Sequence record: SRR31156797_6261
DNA length: 39,640 nucleotides
Strand: one strand, 5' to 3'
Below, piece after piece: positions 35,955 through 39,640 of this stretch. Each line of letters opens with the position of its first letter. The first letter of the stretch is position 1. The notes below the pieces were generated by a model. It saw only the letters and a list, made by a program, of their open reading frames with translations, did no database searches and was not told where the DNA came from. Position numbers and translations under genes: made by a program.

Positions 35955-36854
35955 ATGAAATTAACTTCTTCAGATTTACAATCTCTGTGCAACATAGCCA
36001 TCAGAGCAGCTAAAAATGCAGGTCAATACATTATTTCATTTGATCAATCTCAATTAAAAGTAGATTTTAAACGAACAGATAACTCTCTAGGTGTACAGGG
36101 TGGAGACACGCTAGCTTCTCAGGTAGTGACTGAAGTTGATATTAAAAGTCAGGAATTGATTTTAAAAGAATTACAAGACAGCTTTAAAACATATGATCTT
36201 GGTCTTTTAACAGAAGAATTAGTGGACGACAACACTCGATTTAAGAAAGATTACTTTTGGTGCATTGACCCTTTGGATGGCACACTTCCTTTTACAGAAA
36301 GAAGACCTGGATACGCAGTCTCAATAGCTTTAGTATCGAAAGAAGGAATTCCTATGATAGGTGTTGTTTTTGATCCTGTTAAAAATGAACTCTTTCACGC
36401 TATTTATCAGGAAGGCGCTTTTAAAAACAATGTTCCGATGAAGTCTGCAACTCCCCCAAACCAGTTCTTATTTATTTATGACCTAAGTTTTAAAAATAAC
36501 CCATACTTTAATAACTATTGCAACAAACTTAAAGATTTTTCACTTTCTAAAGGTTTTACTGCTTTTAAAAGTCAGAATTTTGGTGGTGCGGTTATTAATG
36601 CGTTGCAAATTATTGAACATGGAGCTGCCTGTTATTTTAAACTTCCTCGCAAAGTAAAAGGTGGTGGCAGCTTATGGGACTTTGCAGCAACCTCTTGCAT
36701 ATTTAATGAACTCAAAATTTCTAATTGCAATATATTGGGAGAACCTCTTAACTTAAATAATCCGATTACCACCTTTATGCATGAGAAAGGAATTATTTAC
36801 ACTTCACACCCGGAAGTTTCTCAGTTTATTCAGGATGTATATCAAAAACAATAA
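35955..36854 (+). CDS. Inositol monophosphatase / CysQ family phosphatase
   Basis: VTEVD, LTEE, WCIDPLDGT, LWDFAA. Confidence 0.9.
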   Translation: MKLTSSDLQSLCNIAIRAAKNAGQYIISFDQSQLKVDFKRTDNSLGVQGGDTLASQVVTEVDIKSQELILKELQDSFKTYDLGLLTEELVDDNTRFKKDYFWCIDPLDGTLPFTERRPGYAVSIALVSKEGIPMIGVVFDPVKNELFHAIYQEGAFKNNVPMKSATPPNQFLFIYDLSFKNNPYFNNYCNKLKDFSLSKGFTAFKSQNFGGAVINALQIIEHGAACYFKLPRKVKGGGSLWDFAATSCIFNELKISNCNILGEPLNLNNPITTFMHEKGIIYTSHPEVSQFIQDVYQKQ

Positions 36855-36938
36855 TCCAACATACTTTAATAACGACTCGCTCGTTTTATTATCTCAAACA
36901 AATCTGAATACTTATATAATTTTTAATCATTCAATTAA

Positions 36939-37493
36939 ATGAACAAACTAATCATTGCAGCTATTTTATGGCTGACTTTTACAACAAGCTATTCGCAGGT
37001 TTATGGCACAGCCGGAACTTTATCTGAAGGAAAATTTAATCTTGGCGTAATTCCAACTTTCCTCAATAACAATGGGAACGACGAATTAATGCTATTTATA
37101 CAAGGAGGTTATGGCTTAACTCAAAACATTGATTTTGGACTAAAATTAGGTCTATTGGGAGATGACACCTTCTTTGGTACTGACGTAGAATATAAAGTTG
37201 GAAAAAAATTCTCTTTAGCAGGAGGTGCACATTCATTTTACGACAACATTGGTTTGGATGCCACCGCATTATTTACCTTTAATTTGAATAAATCATCAAG
37301 ATTAACGTCTGGGTTAGATTTTGATCAAGTATTTACTGATGGTTCTGATAATTTGCAATTTTTATGGATTCCAATCAACTTAGAAGTAGATTTAAAACGC
37401 AACGTTGTTTTTATGATGGAAGTTGATATTGACACTAAAATAGGCAATAATGCCTATGATATTATTGCAGCTGGTTTACAATTTTATTTTTAA
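36939..37493 (+). CDS. Hypothetical outer-membrane beta-barrel protein
   Basis: Signal peptide, amphipathic strands, C-terminal AGLQFYF beta-signal. Confidence 0.7.
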   Translation: MNKLIIAAILWLTFTTSYSQVYGTAGTLSEGKFNLGVIPTFLNNNGNDELMLFIQGGYGLTQNIDFGLKLGLLGDDTFFGTDVEYKVGKKFSLAGGAHSFYDNIGLDATALFTFNLNKSSRLTSGLDFDQVFTDGSDNLQFLWIPINLEVDLKRNVVFMMEVDIDTKIGNNAYDIIAAGLQFYF

Positions 37494-37515
37494 CAAGATA
37501 ATATGGGAGAGCATT

Positions 37516-39447
37516 CTACTTGTCTGCTCTCTTTTCGCTTTTCAATGGCATTTCTACGTAAAAGGTAGAACCCTTATTCAACTCTGACAATACGCGTACT
37601 TTTCCTCCCAGAATTTGTAATACCTTACTTACAATAGCCAATCCTAAACCTGCTCCTCCACTTCCCATGGTTTGTGATAGGTTTACCTGCCTAAATGGTT
37701 TAAAAACCACATCTAAATCCTTATCAGAAATTCCAATTCCGGAATCAGAAACAAAAAATTCAATTTTTGAACCTCGTTTTTTGTATCCCAACTTAACAAA
37801 ACCTATTTCGGTATATTTTATAGCATTCGATATCAGGTTATTCAAAACCAACTGTAATAATGCCGGATCTGATTCTAAAAACAAATCCTCTTTTGAATAG
37901 TTAAGATCAAGAGACATTTCTATGCTTTTTTGATCTGCCATTACTTTATACAAATCAACTGTATCCTTTAATAATTCCTGAATATTAATTATCTCAAATT
38001 TAGGTGCAACTACACCCGATTCAAATTTACTTAGGTTAATAATGCTATCTAAAATACTCAATAGTTGTTGTCCACCTTTTACCACATGCGATGCATACAA
38101 TACCTTATCTTCCTGATTAATCTCAGGATGCTCCAACAGTTGAGAAAAACCAAGAATACTGTTCATTGGCGTTCTAATCTCATGACTAATATTCGCCAAA
38201 AATGATTGCGTTAACCGTTCACTTTCAGAAGCTTTATATAATGCATCAGAAAGTTGGTCATTCAACACCTTAAGTTGCTTTTTCTCCTCCTGCAATTCCG
38301 AATTAGCCGAATTAAGTCTATCGATATAATGTGAAAGTTGCATTTGCATACTATCAAAAGTCCTGGCTAACTGTCCAAGTTCATCATTTCGTTCATATAA
38401 CGATGCATCGGCTTTCTCATTAAAATTTCCTTTAGCAAATTGCAAACTCATTTTCTGAAGTTTTTGCAAAGGGATACTTATTTTTTTAGCTAAAAATGCA
38501 ACGACTAGTAAAGTGATAAAAAGAAATATAATGGCGAACCAAAACGTTTGTCTTTTAATCATATTCAGAACCGGAAATAATTCACTCATTGGTGTAAGCA
38601 TCACCACTTTGTACTTATTATTATTGGTCAGAGACATATAAGCCAACTCTACCTCACGTCCATTATCAAGTTGATCTGTTAGGGAATTATTTTGGTTGTT
38701 TTGCAAAATAGTCTGAAAAGACTGCTTGGGTAAAAAATTATTCAACGATGAGTTTATTTCTTCAATATTTGATGATAACAGGATTTTTCCTTTTCTATCT
38801 ATCAACCATAAACATGTATTCTCTGTTGGCTTATGTTTTTCGAATTCAGATATTAAAAGCCATGGATCAACTCCAACCCCCGACACACCAATAACCTCTT
38901 CCTCATCAAGCATTAATACATTTACAAACAACATGGTTTTACCCAATTCTTTGTTATAATCAATATTAAACTCCATCTCCTCAGGACTTTTGATAGCGTT
39001 GAAAAACCAGCTATCATCCGGGTCTGATTCAGAAACAACGTCAAGCTTTTTGTATCCTTCACACCAGTAGTTATGGGTTTTAATATTTACAGCAAAAACT
39101 GAGCTGTATCCGAAATTATCATGCAGTTTATTGAGTTTTTCAAGAATTAGCCTTTTATAATTTACATCAATCTCATAATTTTTAAACCAGTCAATAAGCA
39201 TAGGATCATCAGCCAACATCTCCGAAGTTTCTATAGCTCTCTCTAAACTGGATTGCAGACTACCCTGAGCAGCTTTCAACATAACCATCAGTACTTCCCT
39301 TTCTCGGTAACGGTTATATACAGAATCTTTAACCGAATTATAATGAACTATACCGGATATAGCAAAAATAGATACAACCAGTAATCCAACAATTACCTGA
39401 AACTGATAACGAATTTTTAAGGATCTAAACCAACTCTTAACTTTCAC
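37516..39447 (-). CDS. Sensor histidine kinase (TM-Cache-like-TM-HAMP-HisKA-HATPase)
   Basis: FLANISHEIRTPMN H-box, NLISNAIKYT, DSGIGI, GAGLGLAI; GTG start. Confidence 0.92.
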   Translation of the reverse strand: MKVKSWFRSLKIRYQFQVIVGLLVVSIFAISGIVHYNSVKDSVYNRYREREVLMVMLKAAQGSLQSSLERAIETSEMLADDPMLIDWFKNYEIDVNYKRLILEKLNKLHDNFGYSSVFAVNIKTHNYWCEGYKKLDVVSESDPDDSWFFNAIKSPEEMEFNIDYNKELGKTMLFVNVLMLDEEEVIGVSGVGVDPWLLISEFEKHKPTENTCLWLIDRKGKILLSSNIEEINSSLNNFLPKQSFQTILQNNQNNSLTDQLDNGREVELAYMSLTNNNKYKVVMLTPMSELFPVLNMIKRQTFWFAIIFLFITLLVVAFLAKKISIPLQKLQKMSLQFAKGNFNEKADASLYERNDELGQLARTFDSMQMQLSHYIDRLNSANSELQEEKKQLKVLNDQLSDALYKASESERLTQSFLANISHEIRTPMNSILGFSQLLEHPEINQEDKVLYASHVVKGGQQLLSILDSIINLSKFESGVVAPKFEIINIQELLKDTVDLYKVMADQKSIEMSLDLNYSKEDLFLESDPALLQLVLNNLISNAIKYTEIGFVKLGYKKRGSKIEFFVSDSGIGISDKDLDVVFKPFRQVNLSQTMGSGGAGLGLAIVSKVLQILGGKVRVLSELNKGSTFYVEMPLKSEKRADK

Positions 39448-39640
39448 CCGGGGACTTTATGATTACACTACGTTATAAGGAGATCAAAATTATAACATTT
39501 TAGATTTCAACCTATATAATTAGGCATTAATTAACCTAAATTTATTCTAAAAAATGATTTTAACCTATACTTTTATCGTAAATCAGCATGAAAATTTTAA
39601 TAGATAAAGAGGATCTCCCGATATTTTTGGGTTTGATTAA

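Noticed and set aside
36871-36885. AACGA-N5-TCGTT resembling a BlaI #2 box
   Set aside because: Spacer is 5 rather than 6 and it is a single copy; more likely a weak hairpin after the IMPase gene
729-38959. Numerous 60-115 aa ORFs antisense to or nested in long genes (e.g. 6642..6989, 17134..17433, 19954..20298)
   Set aside because: Shadow ORFs of well-supported genes with no recognisable motifs
39588-39640. Possible CDS start MKILIDKEDLPIFLGLI running off the window
   Set aside because: Only 17 codons visible; cannot be supported

Overview
AT-rich (roughly one-third GC by eye) chromosomal segment of a Bacteroidota bacterium. The phylum call rests on repeated TAnnTTTG -7 promoter boxes, near absence of Shine-Dalgarno sites and Bacteroidota-type proteins. 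A marine or sediment Marinilabiliales/Marinifilaceae-like host is an inference. About 35 CDSs are present and are mostly housekeeping or envelope genes: ahpF end, dps, trxA, an orphan XylF/ChvE-like lipoprotein, an AddA-like helicase-nuclease, a YciB-NUDIX fusion, fabG, a sirtuin, an MCP, prsW, arfB, a LutA-like protein, a WD40 protein, an MsbA-like ABC exporter, purB, CysZ-like, nfeD, tag, FAH, a DnaQ-like exonuclease, a TPR/PD40 protein, a Tat-exported SOD, OMPs, a GH13 amylase, two BlaI/M56 pairs converging on a CAT-like gene, a kinase/IMPase pair and a histidine kinase. I saw no rRNA, tRNA, CRISPR array, transposase or prophage. The least explained signals are: (1) a GC-rich non-coding array of about 4.5 degenerate 41-bp units with internal dyads after arfB; (2) two tandem small proteins with basic heads and acidic/aromatic tails ending in Tyr, one with a GGAGG SD; (3) an 11-bp stem enclosing a 71-nt purine-rich loop plus U-tract (candidate sRNA); (4) two BlaI systems with readable, related but distinct operator arrays and non-canonical sensor domains; (5) an internally duplicated 214-aa helical protein.
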